Counted from the first letter of the stretch, positions 9,156-18,358 are shown. The stretch is DNA of 64,000 nt from an uncultured delta proteobacterium (GCA_963699755.1 CAVOVB010000006.1:64001-128000); one strand, 5' to 3'. Numbers and translations are program-made. The notes: generated from the sequence alone by a model not told the origin.

Positions 9156-9803
9156 CTACTCGGTGTCGATCTGCGCGTTGCGCTTCTCGTGACGCGTCTT
9201 CTCCCGTTCCTCCGCCGCGTCGATATTGCGTATCTGCTTCTCATAGAGAGCTTGGACGCGCTCACGCCGGCTCTGGATCTCCTTTAGCTGAGCGATGTGG
9301 CGCTTGTCTTCCTGCGCGTGTGCGCGCTCCTTGCGCGCAGCCTTGGCAGCGGCGGCCCTTTCGGCCTGCTTTGCGCGAAAGGCTTCTTGCTTGGCCTTCT
9401 GCTCCGCCTTGCGAGCCTCCACCTTGGCGTTCTGCTCGGCCCTCTGGGCTTCTGCCTTGGCTTTCTGCTCGGCCCTCTGGGCCTCTGCCTTGGCTTTCTG
9501 CTCGGCCCTCTGGGCCTCTGCCTTGGCGTTCTGCTCGGCCCTCTGGGCCTCTGCCTTGGCTTTCTGAGCGTCTGCCTTGGCTTTCTGCTCCGCCTTCCGA
9601 GCTTCGGCCTCCTTCTCGGCACCCGCCTTGGCGTCCTTTGCTTCTGCCTTGGCTTGGTCAGCCTCGTCGTTGGCGTCCTCGGCCCCCTTCTTGGCCACGC
9701 CCTTCGCGTCGTCGCCAAGATCGGCGCTTGCGATCGGAACGGTCACGGCAAAAATGCCGAAGATCAGCGCCAATGCGATCAATGAAGATGGAACAACTCT
9801 CAT
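9156..9803 (-). CDS. Secreted Ala/Glu/Lys/Gln-rich helical protein with 11-residue tandem repeats
   Basis: AAGGAGG SD before ATG 9803; signal peptide ending IASA; repeats of AKAEAQRAEQ(K/N). Confidence 0.85.
   Translation of the reverse strand: MRVVPSSLIALALIFGIFAVTVPIASADLGDDAKGVAKKGAEDANDEADQAKAEAKDAKAGAEKEAEARKAEQKAKADAQKAKAEAQRAEQNAKAEAQRAEQKAKAEAQRAEQKAKAEAQRAEQNAKVEARKAEQKAKQEAFRAKQAERAAAAKAARKERAHAQEDKRHIAQLKEIQSRRERVQALYEKQIRNIDAAEEREKTRHEKRNAQIDTE
9430..9561. repeat. Intragenic 33-bp tandem repeat, 4 near-identical copies plus degenerate flanking copies (about 9397-9615)
   Basis: TTCTGCTCGGCCCTCTGGG... recurs at 9430, 9463, 9496, 9529. Confidence 0.95.
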
Positions 9804-9944
9804 TCTCTTCCTCCTTGGGGTGTGCTCGACGGACTTGCCTCCGCACACATTCATCTCGTCTGCACAGTAGGGTGCAAATCAAATGCGCCCAAGTCGTTTG
9901 GAGATTCTTGACCTGATTGACTAAACAACCGTACAGTGCTGTGC

Positions 9945-12365
9945 ATGAGCACAGTGGGGGGGCATACAGGCGGCGAAAGACCCCCTTTTCGTCGGACAAA
10001 CGAGCCATGGGCCAGGCCCCGGGGTGCAGCAGAGGTCCTGAGAGGCTGGAGGTCTGGCGGGACATGGCGGAACGTCACTTGGAGCCACGTCGTGGAGCCT
10101 CACGAGGCGAGCATCGCCCCGATGCCGGAGGCGCTCGCGCCGCTCCTGGTGAAGGCGCTACAGCAGCGAGGGATTCGCGAGCTGTACAGCCATCAGGCGC
10201 TCGCGTTCGAGCTCGCGTCTGAAGGCAAGCATCTGGTCGTCGCGACGCCGACCGCTTCGGGGAAGAGTCTTTGCTACAACCTGCCGATTCTCCAGGCGCT
10301 CGCTTCCGACCGAAGCGCGACGGCGCTCTACCTCTTTCCGACCAAAGCGCTCGCCCGCGATCAGGAAGAGGCGCTGCGTGCTCTGATGCGCGATGCAGAC
10401 TTGAACGTTGGCGCGATCACCTATGATGGCGACACCCCGAACGATGCACGGCGAGCTGCGCGACAGCGTGCTGGGGTGCTTCTCAGCAACCCGGACATGC
10501 TGCACGCAGGCATCATGCCGCATCACACGGGTTGGGCCCGGCTCTTCTCCAACTTGAAGTATGTCGTCATCGACGAGCTGCACAGCTATCGTGGGGTCTT
10601 TGGCTCGCACCTTGCCAACGTGATCCGCCGCTTGCAGCGCATTGCACGGTTTCATGGCTCGTCGCCGAGGTTCTTGTTTGCATCGGCTACGATAGGCAAT
10701 CCGCGTGAGCATGCGTCACGAATCTGCGGTGAGCCGGTCGAGCTCGTCGATGAGAGCGGCGCCCCGACCGGGCATCGGCAGCTCGTCGTCTACAATCCAC
10801 CGATCGTCAACGCTGAGCTCGGTATTCGCCAGAGCTACATCAAGACGGCGGTGCGGCTGACCCAGGATCTCGTGCGCGCCGGCGTTCCGACCTTGGTGTT
10901 TGGCAATTCCCGCAACGGTGTCGAGGTGATGCTCAAGTACCTCCGCGACAAGCTGGCGCGCGACCAGATCGATCCGTCCGCGATCCACGCGTACCGGGGT
11001 GGCTATCTGCCTCAGACCCGCAGGCGAATCGAGTCTGCGCTTAGGGCAGGCGACATCCGTTGTGTCGTGGCGACCAACGCCCTCGAGCTCGGCATCGATA
11101 TCGGCGCGCTCGATGCAGTGGTCTGCGCCGGGTACCCGGGGACGATGGCCGGACTTTGGCAGCGCTTCGGCCGGGCAGGGCGGAGGCGAGACCTCTCGCT
11201 TGCCGTGCTCGTGTCATCGAGCAATCCGGTCGACCAGTACATGGCACGACATCCTCGTCAGCTGGTCTCGGCGCCGATCGAGCATGCTCGAATCGACCCG
11301 GACAACATCGAGATTCTCATTCAGCACCTCAAGTGCGCAGCCTTCGAGCTCCCGTTCGGGCCCGGCGACCTATACGGCGACGTCCCGGACGACGCGCTCC
11401 GCGAAGCGCTCCACTACTTGGCCGAGAACGGAGTCGTGCACCCGAGCTCCACGGCGGCCGGCTCGATCTACCACTGGGCTTCTGACAGCTACCCAGCCAA
11501 CAACGTCTCGCTTCGGAGCGCTAGCTGGGACAACTTCGTCATCATCGACATCGATGGGCATCGAACGATCGCCGAGATGGATTGGCGGAGCACCCACACC
11601 ATGTTGCACGAGCAGGCGATCTATCAGCACGAGGGCGGGCAGTACCAAGTCGAGCGGCTCGATTTCGACAACCACAAAGCCTTCGTGCGCCGTGTGAAGC
11701 CGGACTACTACACGACGGCGATGACGCACAGCAAGGTCGCGGTCCTCGAGGAAGACGAGAGCGCCACGATCGAGCTAGGCGAAGTTCCGCTCGAGGCCGC
11801 GCTCGGCGACGTGAGCGTCATCGAGAAGGTCGTGGGTTACAAGAAGATCAAATACCACACGCACGAGAACGTCGGCTATGGCGAGGTGCACCTTCCCGAG
11901 ATGCAGAAGCACACGACCGCGTTCTGGCTCACGTTCCCGGAAAAATTCGTGCGAAATCAGACCGAGCCGCGGGCCGTGGTGGTGGATGCTTTGCGAGGGC
12001 TCTCGAAAGCCATGCATCTGGTGGGCGCCGTGGGGCTCATGATCGACCCGCGCGATCTAGGCCGAACGCTCGGCAGTCGCAACGAAGACGAGGTGTCGCC
12101 TGGAAAAGGGCAGGGTCCAGGCTTCGATCCTACGATCTTCCTCTACGACACCGTCGCAGGGGGGATTGGCTTGGCGTCACGCTTGTTTGAAGAGCGAGAG
12201 GAGGTTCTGCGTCGCGCGCGGCACTTGATAGAGAGCTGCGAATGCGAAGAGGGCTGCCCTGGCTGCATCGGTCCGGATGCGTCTGGCGATGACGAGCCCG
12301 AAGCGGCGCGGAAACGATTGGTGCTCGGTTTACTGGATGCCGTCGGCGTGAGCGCCACACACTGA
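9945..12365 (+). CDS. mrfA: DEAH-box helicase with C-terminal DUF1998 Zn domain (MrfA/YprA/Hrq1 family)
   Basis: LYSHQ, TPTASGKS, DELH, SAT, LELGID, QRFGRAGR, C-terminal CECEEGCPGC; start at 9945 supported by TTGACC-N18-TACAGT upstream. Confidence 0.88.
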   Translation: MSTVGGHTGGERPPFRRTNEPWARPRGAAEVLRGWRSGGTWRNVTWSHVVEPHEASIAPMPEALAPLLVKALQQRGIRELYSHQALAFELASEGKHLVVATPTASGKSLCYNLPILQALASDRSATALYLFPTKALARDQEEALRALMRDADLNVGAITYDGDTPNDARRAARQRAGVLLSNPDMLHAGIMPHHTGWARLFSNLKYVVIDELHSYRGVFGSHLANVIRRLQRIARFHGSSPRFLFASATIGNPREHASRICGEPVELVDESGAPTGHRQLVVYNPPIVNAELGIRQSYIKTAVRLTQDLVRAGVPTLVFGNSRNGVEVMLKYLRDKLARDQIDPSAIHAYRGGYLPQTRRRIESALRAGDIRCVVATNALELGIDIGALDAVVCAGYPGTMAGLWQRFGRAGRRRDLSLAVLVSSSNPVDQYMARHPRQLVSAPIEHARIDPDNIEILIQHLKCAAFELPFGPGDLYGDVPDDALREALHYLAENGVVHPSSTAAGSIYHWASDSYPANNVSLRSASWDNFVIIDIDGHRTIAEMDWRSTHTMLHEQAIYQHEGGQYQVERLDFDNHKAFVRRVKPDYYTTAMTHSKVAVLEEDESATIELGEVPLEAALGDVSVIEKVVGYKKIKYHTHENVGYGEVHLPEMQKHTTAFWLTFPEKFVRNQTEPRAVVVDALRGLSKAMHLVGAVGLMIDPRDLGRTLGSRNEDEVSPGKGQGPGFDPTIFLYDTVAGGIGLASRLFEEREEVLRRARHLIESCECEEGCPGCIGPDASGDDEPEAARKRLVLGLLDAVGVSATH

Positions 12366-12371
12366 GAAGCA

Positions 12372-13550
12372 ATGTCGATCAAACGCGGCCTGGCACGACT
12401 TGCGCAAATCACCCCCCGGCAGCTCGATGTAGCCAGCGTTCGCGGAGCGCTCCCCGGCCAGCGTCGCGAAACGGAGCACGGCGAGTTGCACCTCATCGAC
12501 GAGTATCTCGAGCCACAACATCACCACGGACGGGCACCGATTGCCAAGGCACTTCAGGTGTCGACCGAGCGCTTGGCGCAGCTCGCCTTGGATCCTTCAC
12601 TCGAGAGCATCGACCTTCAGCGTGCCTTGTTCCTCGACACGGAGACCACCGGCCTCGCGGGGGGGACAGGGACGGTACCGTTTCTGATCGGCATCGGCTG
12701 GTTCGAGGACCAATCCATGCGGATCCAACAGCTGTTCCTACCGGAGCTCGGTCGGGAAGCACCGATGTTGAATTGGCTTCGTGAGCGGGTGAAGGAGAGC
12801 TCTTGTCTGGTGTCCTTCAATGGCAAAACCTTCGATTGGCCGCTCTTGCGGAACCGTTTCGTCCTCAATCGCGTCCGCGCACCGGCTCTGCCACCCCATC
12901 TCGACTTGCTGCATTGCGCGCGTCGGGTCTTGCGGCCGCGGCTGAAGTCGGTGCGACTGGTGGAGCTCGAACGACGGGTGCTCGGTATGTACCGGGAAGA
13001 CGACGTCTCCGGTGCGTTGATCCCTCAGCTCTACTTCGACTACCTCGACGGCGGAGACGTCTCACCCATTGCAAAGGTCATCGAGCACAACGCAAATGAC
13101 TTGATCGCCTTGGCCGCGCTTCTAGCCGAGCTCGTCGGTCATTTCGACGAGGTGCATGGCAGCGATGATCCGAGGGACCACCTCGCCTATGCCAAGGTGG
13201 CCGAACGCACCGGCGATCGAGCGCGGGCACGTTCTTTTGCGGTTGCGGCTGCCCAAGGTGGTGGGGAGTCTGCATGTACCGTGGAGGCCTGCATGCTCAA
13301 TGCACGCATGGCGCGTCGCGGAGGCGACGTCGACGAGGAAGAAAGAGCGCTCCTGGAGGCCCTGCGGGCGGCCGACGACGAGCTTCTCCGCGCCGTCGTT
13401 CAGCTCGCTCTTTCGAAGCTCTACGAGCATCGGCGCAAAGACCTCGACCGGGCGCTCGAGCACGCGCTGGGCACTGGGCTTGCCGAGGGAGACGAGGCAG
13501 CCGAGCGAAGGCAGGCTCGCTTGGAGCGCCGCCTGGGTCGTCGGACCTGA
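12372..13550 (+). CDS. mrfB: RNase_H_2/DEDD exonuclease with C-terminal TPR-like helices (MrfB/YprB family)
   Basis: FLDTETTGL, SFNGKTFDWP, HLDLLH, HNANDL; C-terminal LSKLYEHRRKD; directly downstream of the mrfA-like gene. Confidence 0.85.
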   Translation: MSIKRGLARLAQITPRQLDVASVRGALPGQRRETEHGELHLIDEYLEPQHHHGRAPIAKALQVSTERLAQLALDPSLESIDLQRALFLDTETTGLAGGTGTVPFLIGIGWFEDQSMRIQQLFLPELGREAPMLNWLRERVKESSCLVSFNGKTFDWPLLRNRFVLNRVRAPALPPHLDLLHCARRVLRPRLKSVRLVELERRVLGMYREDDVSGALIPQLYFDYLDGGDVSPIAKVIEHNANDLIALAALLAELVGHFDEVHGSDDPRDHLAYAKVAERTGDRARARSFAVAAAQGGGESACTVEACMLNARMARRGGDVDEEERALLEALRAADDELLRAVVQLALSKLYEHRRKDLDRALEHALGTGLAEGDEAAERRQARLERRLGRRT

Positions 13551-13646
13551 ACCTTTTTGCACCAGCTTCGAAGGGCCCTGGCACGGCCTGGCACAGCCCG
13601 ATATCCTCTGATTGGCGAAATCACGACAGATTTCTGCCGTCGGTGC

Positions 13647-13662
13647 TGGCACCGAAGTTGCT
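13647..13662 (+). promoter_or_regulatory. Sigma-54 (-24/-12) promoter
   Basis: TGGCACCGAAGTTGCT matches TGGCAC-N5-TTGC, about 40 nt upstream of the lipoprotein start. Confidence 0.7.
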
Positions 13663-13703
13663 TAAAGACGCGCAGAGGTTCCCCTTATGCCCGGAGAGAA
13701 GCA

Positions 13704-15620
13704 ATGAATCGATTTCGGATCGCCTCGGTAGTGATCGGCATCAGTGTTGTGACGCTTGCCGGCTGCGGTGAAACGAGCGGAGAAAGCGCTGCCCCTCTCG
13801 AAGGGTTCGTCTGTGGAGAAGACGGCTCGACCTACTCGGTCGAAGAGGCCGTGCGCGGCGAGCACGCGGTCAAGCACCGCGGTCGCTGTGATGCGCCCAT
13901 GCATTGTGGCTCGCCGACAGACTGCTTCGTCGGTGACGCGTGCCTACCCACGCCTTGGGCTGCAAGCGATGATACAAACGAGCCTGGCGCGGATCCGGCG
14001 AGCTTCGCGCCTGAGCCGGACGCTCATTGGTGTATTCCAGGGCCCACTCGCTGCAATTGCCCCGGTGTCTTCGAGCCGGTCTGCGGCGGGGACGGCCGCA
14101 ACTACATCAACGCCTGTGAGGCGGCTTGTGCAGGCGTTGGCATTCGGCATGAGGGGTACTGCGAAAAGCCGCCTGGAGAGGGCTGCGTCCGCGCAGGCTG
14201 CAGCGGCCAGCTTTGCGTCGAAGCGGGAATGGACATCGCGAGCACCTGTGAATGGCGTCCTGTATTCCAGTGCTACAAGGAGGCCAGCTGCGAGCGGCAG
14301 CCAAACGGCCAGTGTGGTTTCACGCCGACACATGAGCTCGTCGAATGCTTGGAACGGTTCGGCGAAGGCATGTGTCGCATCGATCCGCGTTGGCAGGATG
14401 GCTTTGAGGCCGAGTGTGAAAGCGCCCAGGTTCCGGGCGTCACGGGGATCGTTGCGATTTCCCCTCTTGAAATGATGCGGCTCGGCGAGCTGTTCCGCGC
14501 AAGCTTCCGGCTGCTCGACCCTCCGATCTTCGACGATGTTTATTTGGGCGAAGGCCTGCTCGTCTGCGATGGAGAGCGCACCAGGTTGGAAGGGCTCGTC
14601 ATGATGACGCCGTTCGGCGATCTCGAGTTCGAGTGCAGAATCCTGCCGGAAACGGATCCGGGCGAGTGCTTGGACGACGGCGACTGCCCGCCGGGCTACT
14701 ACTGCGAGCGCTTCGGCGGATGGCCCGATGATGGCGTAGTCGATCCGAGCATTCCTGAGCCGCCGCCCCCAGGCATGTGCATGGACTTGTGCGCGCTGAT
14801 CGACTGTGCGCCCGGGTACGTCTGTGAGCTCGGTGAGTGCATTCCTCAGAACGGAACCTGCGACAGCGACTACGATTGCCCGGTAGGCTGGATCTGCAAG
14901 GAGGGCATACTCGGAGCCCCGCAACCCGAGGGCGTCTGCGAACGATGTGCTTGTCTCGACATCTATGCCCCGGTCTGTGGCGTCGATGGACGAACCTACG
15001 GCAACGCCTGTGAAGCCCGCTGTGCGCACGCTCGCGTGGCGCATGAAGGAGAGTGCAAAGACGAGTGCCCGGTCGAGACGCACATTCGCAACTTCCAGGG
15101 CGAGTGCGTGCCGAAGTGCTACGGACCCGAGCAATGCGGCGACGAGCAGCATTGCAACGCGGCCGAGGTCTGCTTGCAGGACCCGGCTTGTCCGGAGTGC
15201 GACGTCTGCGTCGGCTGGTGTGAACCGCCGGTCGGCGACTGCCGCACCAATGGCTGTGAAGCAGGGTGGACCTGCGAGTACTGTCAGACCGCCGACGGGC
15301 AAGCGGAGTGGATCTGCTTAGCGCCGAACGCGGGGGCCTGCCTCCCGCCCGACGAATGCCGCCCGACCGGCTGCAACGGTGAAATCTGTGCGAATCAAGA
15401 CCTGGCGTCTCCTTGTGTCGCGTTGCCCGAGTTCGCCTGCTACCGAGAGGTCGGCGTTTGCGAAATCCAGCCTTGGGGTCAATGCGGCTGGACAGTCACG
15501 CCCGAGCTCGACGAGTGCCTTTCGCAGTTCGATTGCCGCGCGACGGGTTGTGGTGACGGACGGTATTGCGGCTACTGCTGGACCAGCTGGGAATGCATCC
15601 CGGAGGGTGCGGTTTGCTGA
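13704..15620 (+). CDS. Cys-rich lipoprotein with Kazal-type and eight-cysteine-cluster-like domains
   Basis: Lipobox LAGC after MNRFRIASVVIGISVVT; Kazal motifs CPGVFEPVCGGDGRNYINAC and CLDIYAPVCGVDGRTYGNAC; two GC(S/N)G(Q/E)(L/I)C...CY...C...GQC modules. Confidence 0.85.
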   Translation: MNRFRIASVVIGISVVTLAGCGETSGESAAPLEGFVCGEDGSTYSVEEAVRGEHAVKHRGRCDAPMHCGSPTDCFVGDACLPTPWAASDDTNEPGADPASFAPEPDAHWCIPGPTRCNCPGVFEPVCGGDGRNYINACEAACAGVGIRHEGYCEKPPGEGCVRAGCSGQLCVEAGMDIASTCEWRPVFQCYKEASCERQPNGQCGFTPTHELVECLERFGEGMCRIDPRWQDGFEAECESAQVPGVTGIVAISPLEMMRLGELFRASFRLLDPPIFDDVYLGEGLLVCDGERTRLEGLVMMTPFGDLEFECRILPETDPGECLDDGDCPPGYYCERFGGWPDDGVVDPSIPEPPPPGMCMDLCALIDCAPGYVCELGECIPQNGTCDSDYDCPVGWICKEGILGAPQPEGVCERCACLDIYAPVCGVDGRTYGNACEARCAHARVAHEGECKDECPVETHIRNFQGECVPKCYGPEQCGDEQHCNAAEVCLQDPACPECDVCVGWCEPPVGDCRTNGCEAGWTCEYCQTADGQAEWICLAPNAGACLPPDECRPTGCNGEICANQDLASPCVALPEFACYREVGVCEIQPWGQCGWTVTPELDECLSQFDCRATGCGDGRYCGYCWTSWECIPEGAVC

Positions 15621-15673
15621 AGACTTGGCATTGCCGTGCACCTATCGCCTCCCTGACGGCTTCAGCATCGCCG

Positions 15674-16123
15674 CTAGACAGGCGCTTCCACGACCACCTC
15701 GGTAGTGACCGAATTTGCGATGAAGCAGTGCTTGTGCGCGTTCGCGTGAAGCGCGTCCAGCTGCTCCTGAGTGGGCGGCTCGCTACCCCACGATATGTTT
15801 GGCCGTAGGACGACGCGAGTGATCGCGATTCGCTTCTCTGCATTTCGTTCCATGATGCCGACCGCTTCGTCCGTGTACTCGTCGACGACGAAACCATCGC
15901 GCGCAGCCAGCGCCAGAAACGTCAACATGTGACAACTCGATACGGCCGCGACGAATGCCCGCTCTGGATCGACGAGGTTTGGATTTCCCAGATATTGAGG
16001 CGCCGCTGAGGCTCCAATCTCGCTCCCGCCATGGAACTTCCACAGGTGATCGCGCGTGTATTCCTTGGGAGTGAACTCGGTCCCTTGGCGATCCCAATGA
16101 ATGGTTGCTCTGTGCTCTGACAT
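15674..16123 (-). CDS. OsmC/Ohr family protein
   Basis: MSEHRATIHW, VDPE, SSCHMLTFL, AHKHCFIANSV; GAAGGAG SD. Confidence 0.9.
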   Translation of the reverse strand: MSEHRATIHWDRQGTEFTPKEYTRDHLWKFHGGSEIGASAAPQYLGNPNLVDPERAFVAAVSSCHMLTFLALAARDGFVVDEYTDEAVGIMERNAEKRIAITRVVLRPNISWGSEPPTQEQLDALHANAHKHCFIANSVTTEVVVEAPV

Positions 16124-16164
16124 CCGTGCTCCTTCGAGCCTCGACCCTAGGGTCGTTTCACAAA

Positions 16165-16244
16165 GGGGACACTCTCGATACCCCCCAACTGTTTGAAATA
16201 ATCGCTTTTGCCCCAAAGATCGCGGTGGCGGCTGGAGTGTCCCC
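16165..16244. repeat. 80-bp element bounded by 10-bp inverted repeats
   Basis: GGGGACACTC (16165-16174) and GAGTGTCCCC (16235-16244) around an AT-richer core. Confidence 0.55.
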
Positions 16245-16285
16245 CGATTGGGTCAGTGTCACCGTCGGTGCCGGTGTCGGCGGGG

Positions 16286-17464
16286 CTAGCCGCCGCTAAC
16301 GGGGTCGACGAAGACGGGGGAGGTGTCGTCGGTGAGGCGGTTTCGGAGAAAGCCTTCCGGCAGCGAGACTTTTTGGCGACCGGCGGTCTTGCCGCGGGGG
16401 ACTCGCATGGCCTCTGGAGGGAAGGGCTCCGCGGGGTTGCCAGAGTGGAGCACCTCTTCGAGCTCGTTGAGGCTGGTTACACGCATCAGCCGAGACCGGA
16501 GCTTCGCGCTGCCCCGGAAGCCCTTGGTGTACCAGCTGCTGTGCCGCCGGAACATGCGCATCGCGGGGTCCTCACCAGCCCATTCGCTCAATAGTGCGGC
16601 ATGCTCGAGGGCAACCTCGACCATGTCGCCGAAGGTCGGCGGATTCTGTGGCTCACGCCCCTCGAACACGTCCGCAAGGTCTCGGAACAGCCACGGCCGA
16701 CCGAGACAACCACGGCCGATCACCACGCCGTCGCAGCCGGTGCTGCGCAGCATCCGGAGCGCATCATGGGCTTCCCAGATGTCACCGTTTCCGAGTACCG
16801 GGATCGTACGGACGTGATTCTTCAATCGTGCGATCGCACCCCACTGCGCCTCACCATCGTAGAGCTGGGCGGCGGTGCGTGCGTGCAGGGCGACCGCTGC
16901 GCAACCTTCTTCTTCCCCGATCCGGCCGGCGTCTTCATAGGTGAGCAGGCTCTCGTCGATCCCCATTCGGAACTTGATCGTCACTGGAATCTCGCCGGCG
17001 TTCAGCACCGCAGCTCGGACGATCTTGGCCAACAGCTGCGGCTTCGCAGGAATCGCAGCGCCACCGCCCTTGCGCGTGACCTTGGGGACGGGGCAACCGA
17101 AGTTCATGTCGATGTGGTCCACGCGTCCTTCACCGACGAGCCATTTCACAGCCTCACCCACGTAGTGCGGGTCGACTCCGTACAACTGGAGGCTTCGTGG
17201 CGACTCGTCCTCGCCAAACTCCGCGAGCATCAGGGCCTTGGCTCGGCCTTCGACCAGGGGACGGGCCGTCACCATTTCACTCACATACAAACCCGCGCCA
17301 AACCGCCGGCAGATCGCGCGAAACGGCCAGTTGGTGACGCCGGCCATCGGGGCCAGAACCACGGGGGGCCAAACCGACAGCGGGCCAATTTCAATGGCGG
17401 CAAACTCGTCGGGACGGGCCAATGGCACGGCGCGATTCAGCTCGCTCTTGTACACCTGCTCCAT
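16286..17464 (-). CDS. dusB: tRNA-dihydrouridine synthase
   Basis: LAPMAGVT, DMNFGCPVPKV, ALHART, GNGDI, IGRGCLGRPW. Confidence 0.92.
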   Translation of the reverse strand: MEQVYKSELNRAVPLARPDEFAAIEIGPLSVWPPVVLAPMAGVTNWPFRAICRRFGAGLYVSEMVTARPLVEGRAKALMLAEFGEDESPRSLQLYGVDPHYVGEAVKWLVGEGRVDHIDMNFGCPVPKVTRKGGGAAIPAKPQLLAKIVRAAVLNAGEIPVTIKFRMGIDESLLTYEDAGRIGEEEGCAAVALHARTAAQLYDGEAQWGAIARLKNHVRTIPVLGNGDIWEAHDALRMLRSTGCDGVVIGRGCLGRPWLFRDLADVFEGREPQNPPTFGDMVEVALEHAALLSEWAGEDPAMRMFRRHSSWYTKGFRGSAKLRSRLMRVTSLNELEEVLHSGNPAEPFPPEAMRVPRGKTAGRQKVSLPEGFLRNRLTDDTSPVFVDPVSGG

Positions 17465-17506
17465 CGAGGTTTCACGTTCGGAAAAGGGATGGCCCGCTGC
17501 AGAGGC

Positions 17507-18358
17507 TCAGTTGACCACGGCAAGATGACGGTGGCCGTTCGTTCGGAGAAGCTTCATGCGCCAATCCACGCCAATGAGCTCGCCGGGCTCTAGTGGAAGC
17601 CAAATGTTCTCACCCATGATCGTTTCGCTCGAGAAGATCAGATGGTTCACATAGCCGCTCTCCGACGGGGCCTCGCACTCGGACGATAGGCTGGGGCAGG
17701 TATCGCGATCCGCGCAACGCGTCTTGTAGGTCGACCAATAGAGCTCTTTGCCACCTTCCGCCGCAACCATCGTCGTTCCGTCAGTCACGATCACGGTCAG
17801 CAGCGACGGCTCCTTTTCGGGATCGATGTCGCAAATCGCACGCACGTGCTCGAGCGTCGATTGAAGCGACATCGCAGTCTCTTCGACTCCTATGCGACCT
17901 TGCAGCGGACCATGTTGCGATAGGTGGGTCAGGAACAAGAAGAACAAGACCTCACTGTCGGTGTCGCCGAGGATGTATCTCCGGAGCATGGGCGCGATGC
18001 GATCGAGGAGCGCGGCGCGGTGCTTGGGAAAATCTTGAATGTCACCGTTGTGCGCGAGGATCCATTTGCCGTATTGAAAAGGATGGCAGTTCAGCACGGA
18101 TAGCTCGCCATTGGTGGCGCGCCGCACGTGCGCCAGCACCGTTTCGGAGGCGACGACGCCGCTCACGCGATGAAAGAGGGCATCGTCGAGGGCCGTTGCC
18201 GGGCTCCGGGTAATGTGAGGGGAGCCGTCGACGTAAAAGGCCACGCCCCAGCCGTCGCGGTGGTCGTTGCTCTGAGCGCCGAGCGCGTTATCCGCGTCCA
18301 TCAAGGAGCGGTGCACCTGGCTCTGAATCACGCTGCGAAACCCGAATAAACGACACAT
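17507..18358 (-). CDS. Class II (Ntn) glutamine amidotransferase, YafJ/EgtC-like
   Basis: N-terminal MCRLFG (Cys2 nucleophile), DGWG, AHVRRAT, NCHPF, HNG, GDTDSE. Confidence 0.88.
   Translation of the reverse strand: MCRLFGFRSVIQSQVHRSLMDADNALGAQSNDHRDGWGVAFYVDGSPHITRSPATALDDALFHRVSGVVASETVLAHVRRATNGELSVLNCHPFQYGKWILAHNGDIQDFPKHRAALLDRIAPMLRRYILGDTDSEVLFFLFLTHLSQHGPLQGRIGVEETAMSLQSTLEHVRAICDIDPEKEPSLLTVIVTDGTTMVAAEGGKELYWSTYKTRCADRDTCPSLSSECEAPSESGYVNHLIFSSETIMGENIWLPLEPGELIGVDWRMKLLRTNGHRHLAVVN

Noticed and set aside
9397..9615. 33-bp repeats as a possible CRISPR array
   Set aside because: The copies are directly tandem with no unique spacers, in frame inside a CDS, and no cas genes are present
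9945..13550. DUF1998 helicase as part of a DISARM/Druantia-type defence system
   Set aside because: No methylase, DrmA, PLD or SNF2 partners; the helicase is fused to DUF1998 and paired with a YprB-like nuclease, which fits MrfAB
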